Assembly: GCA_017654855.1 (NCBI GenBank)
Contig: CM030337.1
Location: 1,240,001 to 1,304,000, forward strand
Source of the DNA: Podospora anserina
Taxonomy: Eukaryota
Reading direction: 5' to 3'
DNA: 64,000 nt
Within the stretch, counting starts at the first letter, position 1, and each line of letters begins with the position of its first letter. Positions 37,201-50,504 of the stretch are shown piece after piece. The notes below the pieces were generated by a model. The model did not search any database. It saw only the letters and a program-made list of their open reading frames with translations, and had not been told where the DNA came from. The translations under genes were made by a program, and so were the position numbers.

Positions 37201-40200
37201 CGGCGTTTTTGCTCGAGGTGGAGCATCTGAAGCTCGGCCCTCGTCTCATTGGAGTGCGAGATGACGCCAGAGAGCGGCCCCTGCAGGCCGGGCCGGCGCA
37301 CTTGGGACGAACCCCCAGCCGCCCGTGGCACAGCGATAGGTTAGCCCCGCTACCCGCCGTTTGGGCTCAACGGGGCCCCCATCAGGGCAGGCACCGGTAG
37401 CCGACCCCCTCCGAGACATGAGTGAGCGGCAGGAGAATTCTTTTTTTCCTTTTCTTTTCTTTACATCCAACACTTTTCACTCATCTTCTTCAACTGTCAC
37501 TCTGTCCCTATGGCATAGTCCGGGCATCCCAAAAATACTCTTCACTGCGCTGCGACTATCTGCGGAATTATGCGCCATGATCATGCTGCTGCAATGGCGG
37601 CGTATCTAATCTAGTTGACATATGACATCCAGATCGCGGGATGGCTGTGCACGCCATCGATCCACCAGCACATGCAACACGACCGACCATTGAAAAGAAC
37701 ACGAAGACATTTTCATGCTTGATTGACGTGGATGCACGTCGATCTCCAAGCGGCAGTCCCGACGAGATCGACACCCTAGGAATATCGTCAACGACAGGGC
37801 TTGGCATGGTGTTGCATGAACTTGGCTCTTCGTTGGTGTCAATATTCATTTCGATCGATATGTGGGCCGAGCATTCTTCTAGAAGGACAAAAGAACCACT
37901 GTGCCGGGCCCTCCCCCAGTCGCGGTCCTACAGTATCACGGCATATCCGACACAGCAGGTTCTTACTGTGTATGTTCCTTCTCAGTGAAGCCTCACCTAT
38001 CTAGTGCTTGGGCTAGCGAGTGCGAACTCTTAGACCAAATAGTGAAGCAGCTAAGCTACCTAGGTGATAAAAGTGATAGAGAAGGCCCTGACGTCAACTG
38101 TCGACATACTATCAGGTAGAACACCAGACATGTCATATCAAACACGAACAATTGCTTGCTTTTTGTGTCTTGGAACTTTCCGATTTCCACCTCGCTGGCA
38201 CGATTCCCTGATTGGGCAAGGTTAAATCGGTTAAAATTGTTGACAGCAGCTTATGCACGTGGGGTTTTCTTTTACAGTGACATCCATCGTCGAAATCTGG
38301 TAGGTAGGGTGGGATGCACTTTCCAGGTTCTCTGCCAGGCTCGCTCTTGCCAGCAGCGGCCCTGTGGCACGACACCTCGACCGCCAGATCTGCTCTTTCC
38401 ATGTTCGCTGCAACCTTCCCTTTCATTCTCTGGCGTCTACTCCAATTGGGGGCCGAAAACTCTTCACTTTCTTACCGTTGATTTTCAACTTTTATGTCGA
38501 TTGTTCAACTGACAGTAAATCACCGTCGGATCTTTCATGCAATGCCTGATCACCTCCAGGAAAGAGCCTGACCTGACCCAGACCCAGACGGACCATATCC
38601 GACCAACCAACACCCTGTCTTCGTGACTACTGACGCCCTCGCAGCATCAATGGCTGCGGATGACGGCATGTGAGTTAATATCACAGAAAAACACTCTTCC
38701 TGCGGAGGACCCATGGATTGGCAAGCCGGGCAGCTATAGGTGAGTGGGTGCGGTCTTATCGCCCACATCTTGCATGGATCCAGATCTCGATAATACCACT
38801 TTGGGCAGTGAACTCCTTTTCCACTTGCTTCTTGGAGCTCTCGCAGCCGTTGGCTCGTGCCCAACCCGGAAGCAAGTCATGGACCTCTTCTTTTTTGTCC
38901 CTCGACACACTGTCACCTCCCTCACCCGTCCTCGGTGTTGAGAGTCGGCACTGTCGTTGGCCGATTTTATCACATGCCCACGCTAGCACCCCCGATAGCT
39001 CCGTAAGGGTTCCGGATCGTGGGGTCTGCCGGTTAGACCAGCGACCTCCTGCATCGGCGCATCCTGACAGAGTCTCCTAACCTAAGAACGAATAGCTCGA
39101 GCCCACAGAAGCCACTGTTCAATCGGCTTGCTCCTTTTTCCACAACGGACGACGGTTGACACAGACCCCGGTCAAGCCCTGGGAGTGCAGGCCCGACTGT
39201 TGCGAGCGTGCATGGGATGGCTGCTTGTCGATTTCCCAGGCTGTCCATGGCTGCCACGCTCAAGGCCTCGAAAGAGCAACGGGGACACCTTGCCGCAGGG
39301 CCGTGCGCATCGGCGCCCTTCACAGCAGCAACAGGCCACAGCTGCCTGTTTACTGCAGGTGCTAACCGTACCGAACGGCCTGCAGTTCCTAGCTCCAACG
39401 GACATGCACAGTGAGCTTGTAGAACCATTCTTCACTGTCAGCATCGGGACTGCTCGCACGATCGAAGCAGTCTCATCGCCCACAGCCAGCTCGGCTCCAC
39501 TGACGTACCATGGCGTTGCGGTGGATGTTGGCAAGGGGCCCAGCTTTGGCCTAGGCCTAGGTAGCACCAGCAGCATCCCTGAAGGTCGAACGGTTCCTTC
39601 GTCGTTCACCCACTCGCAGGGGGGGCCGCCACCCAAGAGATGCACGACCACCACCACATCAGATGAACCGCACAAGATGAGAGCGGCTTTGCTGCACTTG
39701 AACCACGCAGCCGCCGAAGATCAAACCACAGAATATCTTCCAGATGTTGTGTCCTTTCCTCGCAATCTGGTGGGAGGGCTAGGATGTCCCCCGGCACTCC
39801 CTTGACCTTAATATCAGAACGTTAAGCATGTATCGACAAGTATCTTTGGACCCCTGCTTCAAGTACTTTGTACCGAACCACCCCCCTGCTGAAGAGCTAA
39901 ACCGCCCCTTTCAACACCCCACTGGAGGGGTTTGGCTTTCTGTGGAGTGTGGTGTTGTTGTGGTTGTTGCGCTGCTGTTGCTGTCTTCTGCCGGGCCCTA
40001 CGACACAATCCTTTTGCAGCTAGCTAGGGGCTCAGTCCTCGGGTACCTTGATGACCGGTCATCGCGGAGCATACCACGATGTTGGGTGGATATGGAGAGC
40101 TGGCCTGCGGGGGATAGGGAGGGTCCTTCCATGATGGAAGGAAATACCGATACAGATATATCACCACAATCAACAAAAACTTGGCGCTGAATATTCCATT

Positions 40201-42114
40201 TCGCGATAACAGGCCATTGTGTTGTGTATTCGAGCACCTTCCTGTGAGGTCCAGAGAAGGCTTACCAAGGATATCCAGACATGCACTATGCTTGAGGCTG
40301 GATGGATTACCGGTAGCCTGTGGCCGCTACCTACCTAGGTAGTATGGATGCAGAAGCCGCGGGCTGGGTGGCAGGGTTATACCCACAACTGACACCCCCC
40401 CCTTCACCCCCGCGCACATTCTCTGGACCGGGCCGGGCTGGCTGATCCTGGACAACTGCCCCCTGGACGACTGGCTATGACCGTTGGAGATTGTCCATAC
40501 CAGTAACTGATCGACTAATAAGATCGAACCCAGTAGGCGCGCTTCCGCCCATACCTTACATCTCCCCAGATCTGCCCTCACCAGTAACATTGGCCTCCTC
40601 GTCGTCGTCTTGGATCGTGATCCTGAACGGAGCCGCACTGTTTCCCTCAGCCCCTTAGCACTCCCGTCAACAGGGTCATCGTTGCATCCATCCGCTTGTG
40701 ACGGCATCCTGCTCTCCAGAGTCATATTCGGCCTCTCCCGCCGCGGCTTATGTGGCTCAGGTCCTCTACCAAGAGAGACTCGGTCACACGTACATCACCC
40801 TCACCCAGTCTCCTGACAGCAACTCCTACTGGCCAGGACTAGTAAAAGGTCTCCGACCGGACACTCTGCACATCCGGCTCCTGCACATCAAGTCCCCCCC
40901 TGTCCATCTCCTTGTTTTGAACAACAGACTTCTGCATTGGACCAGTCGAGGTGCGCTTGGCAGCAAGACAAGAATCGTGCAACTGCTTATTCGCCACCCC
41001 TTGACTTGCTCTGGAGAGAGTGTCTTGAAGGGCACAGCTACCCGAAACGGATTCGCATCCTCCTACCAAGTCAGTACTCACCACGGGCTACCCGCGGCTA
41101 CCCCCGCCTGAAGTTGACGCCAACAACCCTCCTCCTCTTCAGAGTCTGGGGAAGCTCAGTGGATATCCTGGCTGCGCTCTGTTGTCGGCGGTTGCTCAGT
41201 CACAGTGGGAACCCACATGCACGCCCACCCTTGAACCAAGAAATCGTCACCCCCTCCAGCAGCAGATCACCTTCTGCCAGCCAGCAAACCCCATCAAACC
41301 CAGACACCCTGGTTTCCCGGCACCCCAAAGCTTGACTGAGCGGAGAAGGGGGTCTCACCGTCAGCCGTTGTTCCAGTACCAATCCCCACTGGTACCCGAT
41401 CCCCCAGTCTGGCGAAGAGATTGCCGCTCGTGTCCAGTTTGGCATCTCCTCCTCCATTGTGTGCGGACATTCAGCCCAAACTGGTGGCATCCCAGCTCTC
41501 CTCCTGCCCCCCTACTACCCCCCCCCCTACCCTGGACTCACATCCTGCCATTCTCGGCCTTGCCTTGGCGCTTGGGCGTGCTTAACTTATCATTATATAT
41601 CCCGGGGATTAGCTTCTTTGGAGAAGGTCAAGAGAGGGCTATTGACGGGGGAGAGGCTATTATTCTTGTTTGCGTGGATTCTCTGGGCACAGCACGACTA
41701 TCATCTATTGGCCAGAGTTCAACTTCTTTTCTTTGGCACCCCTTCCCTCCCCCGCCGACCACCATTTCAACTCCGGTTGGATTTGATTTCCTTTCTCCTC
41801 TTCCTCGACCGCTCGGCACAGGTCTTCTCCCCACACAAGACGTGCCTGACCATCGACGGCGGTCTCCCAAAGATACATCTGTCAAGGTCATACTCGTTTA
41901 CCGCCGGCCAGTTGACTACCTCGTCATCCCGCTTCGACTTCCTCCTTACCAACAAACTTGACGCACCTCAGACCGGAGCCATCGAACAGAAAGCGCATTC
42001 CAAACACAACTTGAGCCGAGTCCGCATGTACACCACTCCCGAAATCATCTGATACCACGACACATACTCGACCATTTACATTCTGTTCGCATCGCGTGTC
42101 CTCAAACAGTCATC

Positions 42115-44424
42115 ATGGGTGACTATCATTATCACCACTTTCTATCCTCCATGGCGGGTGTGGGTGGACAGCCTAACCAGAGTCCACTTGAAGGCCCCCC
42201 ACAGATGTCTCACCAACCTCAGGTGTTGGCCATGGGAGGCCATGGCCCTCCAATGCCTAACCCATACCAAAGCCTGGGATACTTTACGGGATTCCCTGAG
42301 CCGATCATGTTCAATGCGCCAAAGTCGCAAAGAAGCAGGCGCAAGTCGGCACCAGGCCTCGATCACATCAAACATCGACGCACAAGATCAGGCTGCTTTA
42401 CATGTCGCAGCCGTCGAGTCAAGGTGGGTCTGAAGAGCAATTGGAAGTGACATGTGGTGGCTAACATGGTTGTAGTGTGACGAAACACATCCGATCTGTG
42501 AAAGTGGGTAGCGAAAAGATGTGTCTAGCAGTAGCACGGTAGCTAACTTGCTCCAGGATGCCGAAAGGGGAAGAGAGAATGCCTCTATCCAGAACCGGCG
42601 CCGCCGAAAGGTTCTGGGGGTTCGACCTCAAAAGAGTCTTCTTCAACTGCGCCCAGTCAACAGGCGAGCCCGACCTCTTCACGGGGCGACGACGATGACG
42701 ACGACGACCGGGATTCAAAGCTGGAGCCGATCATGGATGAAGATGAGGAAGAGCCGCAGAGCGCCACATCGACGACTGCGCCAATGTTTCCTTTGAGAAG
42801 ATCGAGCACCACATCCTCCTTTGGTTTACAGCGTGTCCCTACAGGGTACCGGTACGACTCAGAGACCCCGTCTTTTGATGGTAATAAGAGCTCTTCGCCC
42901 TTGTCGACGGGCACGGCGACCGCACAATCGCACCGTCCAGACTGGACGTTCTTACCACACGAGCTGCAGTTTTATCTCGGCTACTTCTACGACAATATCA
43001 CGCACTACCACTACGGGCTCATCAGCGACGCCGGTGACTTCTTCCGAACCACTCTGGTAGGGTTGGCGCTTCGAAATGAGGCTTTGCTGTATGCTATTGT
43101 GGCCTTTTCGGCATACCACCATGCGCTGCATAATCCCCATGGCAGGATCAACGAGTTCTTGCAGTATTACAACCACAGCGTCAAGAATCTTTTGGAGTGT
43201 CTAAAGAGGAAAGAAAAGTACAATATCGCGACGCTTTTGACGATATTGCAGCTCGCGACAATCGAGGTATGTAAAGCTCCTCTCGACCGTGGGTGAGCCA
43301 GGATAACTAAACACCAACCAGGAATATTTGGGTGACTGGGTCAACCTTATGGGCCATCAAAAGGCCGCCCTGGAGATCTTTACGCAGCTTTTTACTCCGC
43401 AGACAATCATGCAGTCACAGACAGGCCGGGCTGCACTGACTTGGTACGGTCGCTTTGATCTCTTCGTTGCCATCATGGGTAGCTTTGAAACGACGTTGCC
43501 TCGTGAATGGTACTTGGAGGCAGCAACATACCACGATTCGTGCGCGGCCGCCGAACCGGACAGTGTCTTCTGGAAGTTCGAAGCATGCTCTGCGAAGATG
43601 CAGCTTATTTCGATGGAAATGGCCATGTTGTATGCCAGGAGGGTGAAGGAAGAGGTCACGGCAGAAGACTTCGCCGCAGAACATCAAAGATTGAGCAGAT
43701 GTCTCGACGACTGGAAAAATGGATGGGATCCTGCTCTGGTGGACCCTTCCCATCTTGTTACGGACTTTTCAGGGAGCCGCGCACCAGATCCGAACGACAT
43801 TGTCAACCCGTTCACATCGGGAGCACTGTTTCAACCACCACTGTTCCCTTCGACGGTCTTGACAGCCAGCTACCATTCCATGAGCCTCTTGCACGACAGC
43901 CAGAGTGGCATCAGACCAACAGGAGAAGCCAAAGACAAATTGAGGGAGCATGCCTACAAAATATACCAGATCTTCGAGGCAGTTGAATTCTGGTCGCACA
44001 GCCCGCCGGGGGGGCTCATTGCGTTGCAGTCAGCTTTAGCTGTGGCAGCTCTCTATGTTCAGCGGGATCCACGCCATCAGATGTGGATCAGGAGGAAGTT
44101 TGTGTTACTGGAGGCGATGGGGTAAGCCCTTCTCTTTGGCCTCTGAGGGTATTTGACTGACGTTAACTTTGTGGCTATTACAGATACATTTTCCCTGCCA
44201 CGATGCGTGTGCGAATGGCCGAGCTTTTCGCAGACGACACCTGCACCAGATGGTGGCTGCCGAACGATGAGGGCTTTCCGCCCCTGCTACAAAATATCCG
44301 CGCATATGCCGACGAACGCAATGCCATGGCGGCGACTACCCAGAGAGACACGGTACAGCAGATTCGCCATGTGTTTTCGAGGATGAACATTAGAGAGGCC
44401 GCGAGAAAGGCGGCAGAAAACTAA
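42115..44424 (+). CDS. Zn(II)2Cys6 transcription factor with Fungal_trans_2-type domain
   Basis: RRTRSGCFTCRSRRVK|CDETHPICE|RCRKGKRECLYP. Introns 42424-42475, 42504-42556, 43267-43321 and 44122-44183. Confidence 0.92.
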
Positions 44425-45558
44425 CGGCCCGGTTATGGCGGCATGACAGCAACCTATGTTCGGCTCAATCAGGACGGTCTGACAGGCGGCCGGCAAATTG
44501 AGGGGACACTGGAGTATCAGCAACAACCTCGTCGCGACAATAGTTGACGTTGCTCAAGGACGATGCGGCTCATGTCTGCCGGGCGGCCCGAATCCCTGGA
44601 CAATTTCCTGGGACCCGATCATGCGGGTCTGCGACGTCGAATATCGTTGCTAATGCAGGGAAAAATTGCTTATCACAGCTGGCACCGCATTTGCCATTCT
44701 GAAACACCCCCTCGGCGTTAGGTGATGATGGTGCCTACTCAGCTCTCCTACTTCCTCTTTCCCCCACACACCACCAACTGATCCCCAACGACACCCTGTC
44801 ATGCAATCGGAATCGGCAGGGTACATTCAAATGGCATGCTGATCTTGTGACTCTGCTGGCGCCATGCGGGCGCCAATTCCTTCTAGGGAGCGGCGGCTGC
44901 TGTTGCATGATGCATCATCATCCGAACTGGTGGTGTCTTGGCTTGGGTTTGACAGTCTTGGGGGAAAGGGAGACTGGACCTGTCACGCGGGAATAGGAGT
45001 GGAGGATGTCACTACCATCGGAAGACGGGCGAGAAGCGTCAACCTCGGCGCTCTAGGACTGGATGCAAGACTTTTTTGTGTCTTCCCCTCACGACACGGC
45101 ACGATCACGGGACGATGTCTTCCGAGCCCCCGAGAACAGCTGGCCCTCACCTAATTCTGGCCTACATACAACCTTTCAACTTACATATTTTTCACTTTGA
45201 CTTTTTGTATTACTGATATATATATCTTTGGGTTTTTGCACCTGGGTTGGCTGTCTTGTTATTTCTGGCTTTTGTCTTCCATTGCCCTTTTTTTTTCTCT
45301 TCAGATACTCCCCAGTGACTGGGGAAGGATTGTATTATTTACTTTTTTTTTATTTCAAGCACCAAATTTTTTGACATTTGTGAGCACATAATTTTTATTT
45401 TCTGAAAGTTTCATTTTTTTTTCTTTTCTATTTGAAGTGGTTGGATTATGGGGACGGAACCAGCGGCAGCGTTATAATCATCAACGAGGACTGGCAGGAA
45501 AACAACAGAGAGAGAGGGATGGAAGTTTAGGGAACCGACAACACAAACTCCTAATGTA

Positions 45559-45580
45559 CGTGTGTGTGCGTGTGTGTGTG
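45559..45580. repeat. Interrupted (GT)n microsatellite
   Basis: Directly visible interrupted GT dinucleotide run. Confidence 0.7.
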
Positions 45581-46408
45581 TACGAAAAGAAGACCTAGTG
45601 CGACAAACCAAACAGTGCGAAATGATACCCTGGGTTTTCTCTTTTTTTCTTTTTCCGGAGCGGGCGGAAGAAACTAAAAGTTGGGAGAGAGACTATACAA
45701 TGTATTAGTACGACGACGATTTCGGTAACTGTAGTCTGGAGGTTTTTGGTGTGTGCATAGCATAGCATAGCATGGGTATGGATGGGCTTGAGAAAAGGGG
45801 GTTAGTGGTGTCTTTGCATGTATGTTGTGTGTTGTGTGTGGGAGCTGATGGGGCAGATCATGGGAGTAGATTTGTATCTCAAGGGCGGGGGGAAGGGATA
45901 GGTGATACTAGAATGGGAATGGAGGGGGGGGGGTGTTAATAGGGGGTTTGGTATATATAAAAACATCGTGAGCCTGGGAATAAAGAAATGGGTTTTTGGC
46001 AGAGAAGGGGTTTAGTGTTTAATTTTATGCTTCTTTGTAGAGTACTTGTTTCTGTTTACAAATGGATTTGGATACACAAAACTGCTTTCTTGGGCTTTCC
46101 GCTATGTGCCTATTGCTGTTCATCAAAACAGCAATTCACAAAGATCAAAGACAACAAACAACAACTTGTTTACAGGATAATACTGTGATATATTCATCTA
46201 CGCTTACAAAGGGTGTTTAACCACCCCCAAAACATTCCTACAGAACAACGCTATACCTCCTTCTTTCCTCACCTAGGATTAGTATTTATAAACCCCGACT
46301 CAGGATCTATGAACTCCAGCGACGCATTATCCCCCCGGCCCCCCGCTTATAAGACCCAGAAGATCCAGAGGACCCAGAAGAACCCCGAAGATAGGTCTTC
46401 TGGTCCAG

Positions 46409-46475
46409 CCTCGTCTTTGGCTTCTTCTCCTTCGTCTCTGGCTTCTCCTCCTTCGTCTCTGGCTTCTCCTTCTCC
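46409..46475. repeat. 21-bp tandem repeat, about 3 copies (CTTCGTCTCTGGCTTCTCCTC)
   Basis: Directly visible. On the minus strand it reads KPETKEE-like in the MOB3 frame, beyond the stop codon. Confidence 0.85.
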
Positions 46476-46504
46476 TTCTTGTAGCTCCCTGCAGAGTAAG
46501 TCTC

Positions 46505-48160
46505 CTAATCCAGCTCCTTTACCGGCTTGTCCTCCTCTTCTTCCTTCTTCTTATCTTTACCATATCCTGTTGCCGCAGCAGGGGCGGTTTCCTTAATCTC
46601 AACCTCCTCCTCCGCCCCACCACCAACGACAGTAACGTCATCAACTTCCCCATCTGTCTCCTCCTCCTCCTCTTCTTCTTCTTCTTGAGCATCCTTAGCG
46701 CCACCCTGCCCCTCCTCGATACCCTTCCCCTTATCATCTCCCTTTTTCTCCTCCCCCTCCAATTTCTTGTCCTCCTCTGGCGTTGAAGCCAAAACCTCCT
46801 TCGCAGTAGCACTAACACCAGAATAGCTCTCCGGCTCGTCCGCAAAATTTTCCTCGAGTTTCTTCTCCTCCGCCTTTGTCGTTTTAGGAGGGGAATTAAC
46901 ACTCCCCGGCCTAACCGGCTCCTTCAACCCCTCCACAATAACCGGAATCTCCCCCTCCGGACCCCCCTCTTCCTCCTCCTCCGGTCGTCCCGCCTCCACC
47001 ACAGTCCCCGTCTCGCTCACCCCCGAAGATATACTCATCACGCTCAACCTCCTCGAAAGCTCCCCATGACCCCCAGGGCTGTCATCTTCGTCCGCTTCAG
47101 GAACAGGCATGATAAAGCTCCCCGTGGACGGGCTAGACTTGATATGTCTCCGGGTATTGGTCCTACTCAACCCCGGATCCTCCCCGCTCAGCTCCGCTAC
47201 CTTCGGAGGCGGTTTCGCAATCGTTATCCCGCCCTGTCTCTTCCCCCCTCCTGCTGTCTTTTCCTCTTCCTCCCCAGCAATCGGCAGCCCTTCCGCCTCG
47301 GGCGGCAGCTTGTAGTTCTCCGCCGGCAAAAGATCGTAAACATCACAGACCGTCTTGAAAAAAACATACAGCCCCGTCTCCCCCTCCACCTTCCAAAACA
47401 CCTGCCTGTGCTGAAACCAACCATGGGCAAAAATCCTGTGCAGCCGTCTAAAGACATTGACCAAATTCTTCACCGCTTGGTTCTTGTCGTGACTGTCAAC
47501 CACAAACCTGCTGGGGAAGATCTTGGGGTTGGTGACGACATTGGCCGCCCAGTCAAGCGTGTGGCAGCAGTAATCAATCGCGCAGCAGGACTTTGGCGCG
47601 TCGTGCACCGCGCACAGAAACTGCCATTCTGACGCGCGCATCTCTGGGCATGTCTGGGCGGAACAAGGCGGGGTGTCGAAGAGGAACTGGACGATGAGTT
47701 TGTTGCAGTGGGCTACGAGGAAGCGGCATAGTTCGTAGAGCCAGAGGGTTTTGTCGATTCCTGGGGGCGGGGTGGCGAGGAGGAGGGCGGTGGTGCGGGT
47801 TATGGGGCTGGTGTTAGAGGAGGAGTGGTGGTAGTGGAGGGCTGAGAGGTGTTCTTGGAGTTGGAAGGCCGAGTCAAGCTGGGGATGGGGTTAGTTATTT
47901 GGGGAGGGAGAGGGGAGGGAGAGGGGAGAGGGGGTGGAAGAAGGGAGACAAACTTCTTGGAGGGGAACAAGAGGGGGACCAGCGTGCATGTCGGCTGCTT
48001 TGGTGCCGGGGTGGATGCGCCGTTTGGAGTTTGCGTCGAGGGCGGTTTGTTCTATTGGGGGAGGGTGGTGGGCGCCCATCATGGGGGATTTGGGACCTAT
48101 TTGGATCTCGGCTGGAGGTGGTGGGCTGGGGAGCCGAGGGGAGTTTGGGGCGAGGGACAT
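46505..48160 (-). CDS. MOB3: Phocein/MOB3, STRIPAK complex subunit
   Basis: SPRLPSPPP, RIHPGTKAADM, LDSAFQLQEHL and EMRASEWQFLCAVHDAPKSCCAIDYCCHTLDWAAN. Intron 47879-47953; acidic C-terminal tail. Confidence 0.93.
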
Positions 48161-48679
48161 GGTTGTTGTGTCCTCGAGGCTCGAGTGGGTGGGTGGTTTG
48201 TTGACTTTGGTCTTTGTCGGCCGCGCGCGCGGATGCCTGCTTCGTAGAGATGGTAGACTGTGGTTGACAATATCGATTGTTGATGCAGAGTCGACGACTC
48301 GACAAAGAGATGCTGGGGTGATGTTTGGGTAAACTCGGGCCGGGGGTTTTGTGAAGCTGGAAAGTATGGATCGACGTCGTTGCCCGATATCATTCTAGAA
48401 GTTAATGCTGTCCCGGCGGCGCTTACCAGCTTCTGGGGGCCCAAGCTCCCTGAACCGGGGATCCCTGCTGTGCCCTTACGTAACGTGCCAAGCCCAGATC
48501 CAAATCTGGGATTCCAAGTTGCCTGCCCCGCCATTGATCGAAGCATTGCTCCAGGACATGTGCGCCCTTGCAGATACATCATCAGCTTGACTATCTTGAC
48601 CCGTTCAAAGAGGACAGACAGAGGATACCAAAACTCAACACTTTCCCTTCATACAATTGACGAAATAACGACCGCTTAA

Positions 48680-50104
48680 ATGAACTTTGACGACAACGAC
48701 GCCCCGCCAGACCTGATTGGTGCTGATGAAACAGTGGAACTACCAGAAGAAAAAGCGAAAAAGGTGCCAATCACAATAGTAACAGGTTTGTATTGCTATG
48801 GCTTTACTTTACTTTTGGGATATATCGCCTGTTCTTACAAAAACCCTAGGATACCTTGGAGCTGGGAAAACCACACTGCTCAACTACATCCTGACTGCAA
48901 AGCATGGCAAAAAGGTTGCTGTGATTATGAATGGTGGGTAGAGAAGACCAGATTCTGTGTCAAGAGTGTCTCTTGCTGACTGCTTATTTCAGAGTTTGGG
49001 GACTGTAAGTCATCTCCCCCTGAGACATCTGCTTGAGTATAACGTAACTGACACAGCTCAGCTTTGGACATTGAAAAGTCCTTGACTGTGAATAAGGATG
49101 GCGAGGCTGTGGAAGAGTGGTTAGAGGTGGGCAACGGATGCATCTGCTGCTCCGTGAAGTAAGACGGCCTCTTTCAAGTCAGTGAAACCCCGCTAACAGT
49201 TATAAACAGAGACACAGGCGTGAACGCCATTGAGTCTCTGATGGAAAAGAAGGGAAAGTTCGACTACATCTTGCTCGAAACAACAGGGTTGGCTGATCCG
49301 GGCAATCTGGCGCCGCTATTCTGGGTTGATGACGGGCTGGCGAGCACCATTTATCTAGATGGCATCGTGACCCTCGTTGATGCCAAGAATATCCTTCGCA
49401 GCTTGGATGATCCTGCGGGCAAGGTGGAAGGTCATGAAGACTCTGATGATCATGGACCAGTCATGACCACTGCTCACGTGCAGATTTCACACGCCGATGT
49501 CATCGTCATCAACAAGTCTGACCTTGTGAGCGGAGAAGAGTTGGAAGCCGTCAGGGAGCGCATCACATCCATCAATGAGCTGGCCAAGATATTCGTCACC
49601 TCGCAAAGTGTTGTGCCTGATCTGGAGGGATTCTTGCTCGACTTGCACGCATATGACCGTGTCGATGAACTTGACCGTGCAGGACGTGGGCACAGCCACC
49701 TCGATAAAGTGAGTGGACCTATCCAATCGACTGTGGCGCAGACAAACTGACAGATTTGCTAGACCATCTCAACATTGTCAATCCCTCTCGAGGAGCTGAC
49801 GACCAACCAACTGACGGTAGTAGACGCCTGGCTGCGCTCGGTGCTGTGGGAGAATGAGCTTCCTGGGAACAAGGCGGCCAATGGGCCAGCTTTTGAGATC
49901 CATCGTGTGAAGGGGCGGCTGTTTATCGAGGATGGGGCTGAAAAGATGGTCCAGGGAGTGAGAGAGATTTTCGATATCTTTGACAGCCCCGCGCCGTCAT
50001 CTAGTGATGTACCCCGGAAAGGCAAGCTGGTGTTGATTGGGCGGCATCTGACAGACTTGGACTTTGAGAAGAGTCTGTTGGATGCTGTTCGGACGGCGGC
50101 TTAG
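48680..50104 (+). CDS. ZNG1: CobW/COG0523 GTPase zinc metallochaperone (ZNG1/CBWD-like)
   Basis: [43 protein letters not shown] and a CobW_C end ([14 protein letters not shown]). Five introns. Confidence 0.9.
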
Positions 50105-50504
50105 ATAGGCACTCTGAAAGATGAATGAAGAGTGAAAATAAACTCATTTGCCGGTGCCAGCTGACAGGTCTGAGTACGGAGTAATTGGTTGAATTAAAGT
50201 TTAGGAGGCGACAGGGAAGACGGTGGACGTAGCCTTGGCTTTAAATTTGGACATTGCGGTATAATTTTGTGGAGAATGCACGGACCCGCTTGCGATCCCT
50301 TGAGCTTTCCCGCCCTCAACCAAGCGCCCATCCTTGGTTCAGTTACAAGCGTTTGCATGATTCGTAGCGCTGTCTCGAAAACGCAACACTGGCTGGCCAT
50401 CACCACCGTTTTACCCTCTTCGTCCCAAGATATTCTCTATCCAGTCTCGTCTAGGAACACATATATAACTACGAACCGAGACACCTCTGAACCCCGCGTT
50501 CCAA

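Noticed and set aside
39128-41961. ORFs of 225 and 259 aa in the long intergenic region
   Set aside because: Non-ATG starts, no recognisable motifs or codon bias, and similar ORFs overlap in several frames.
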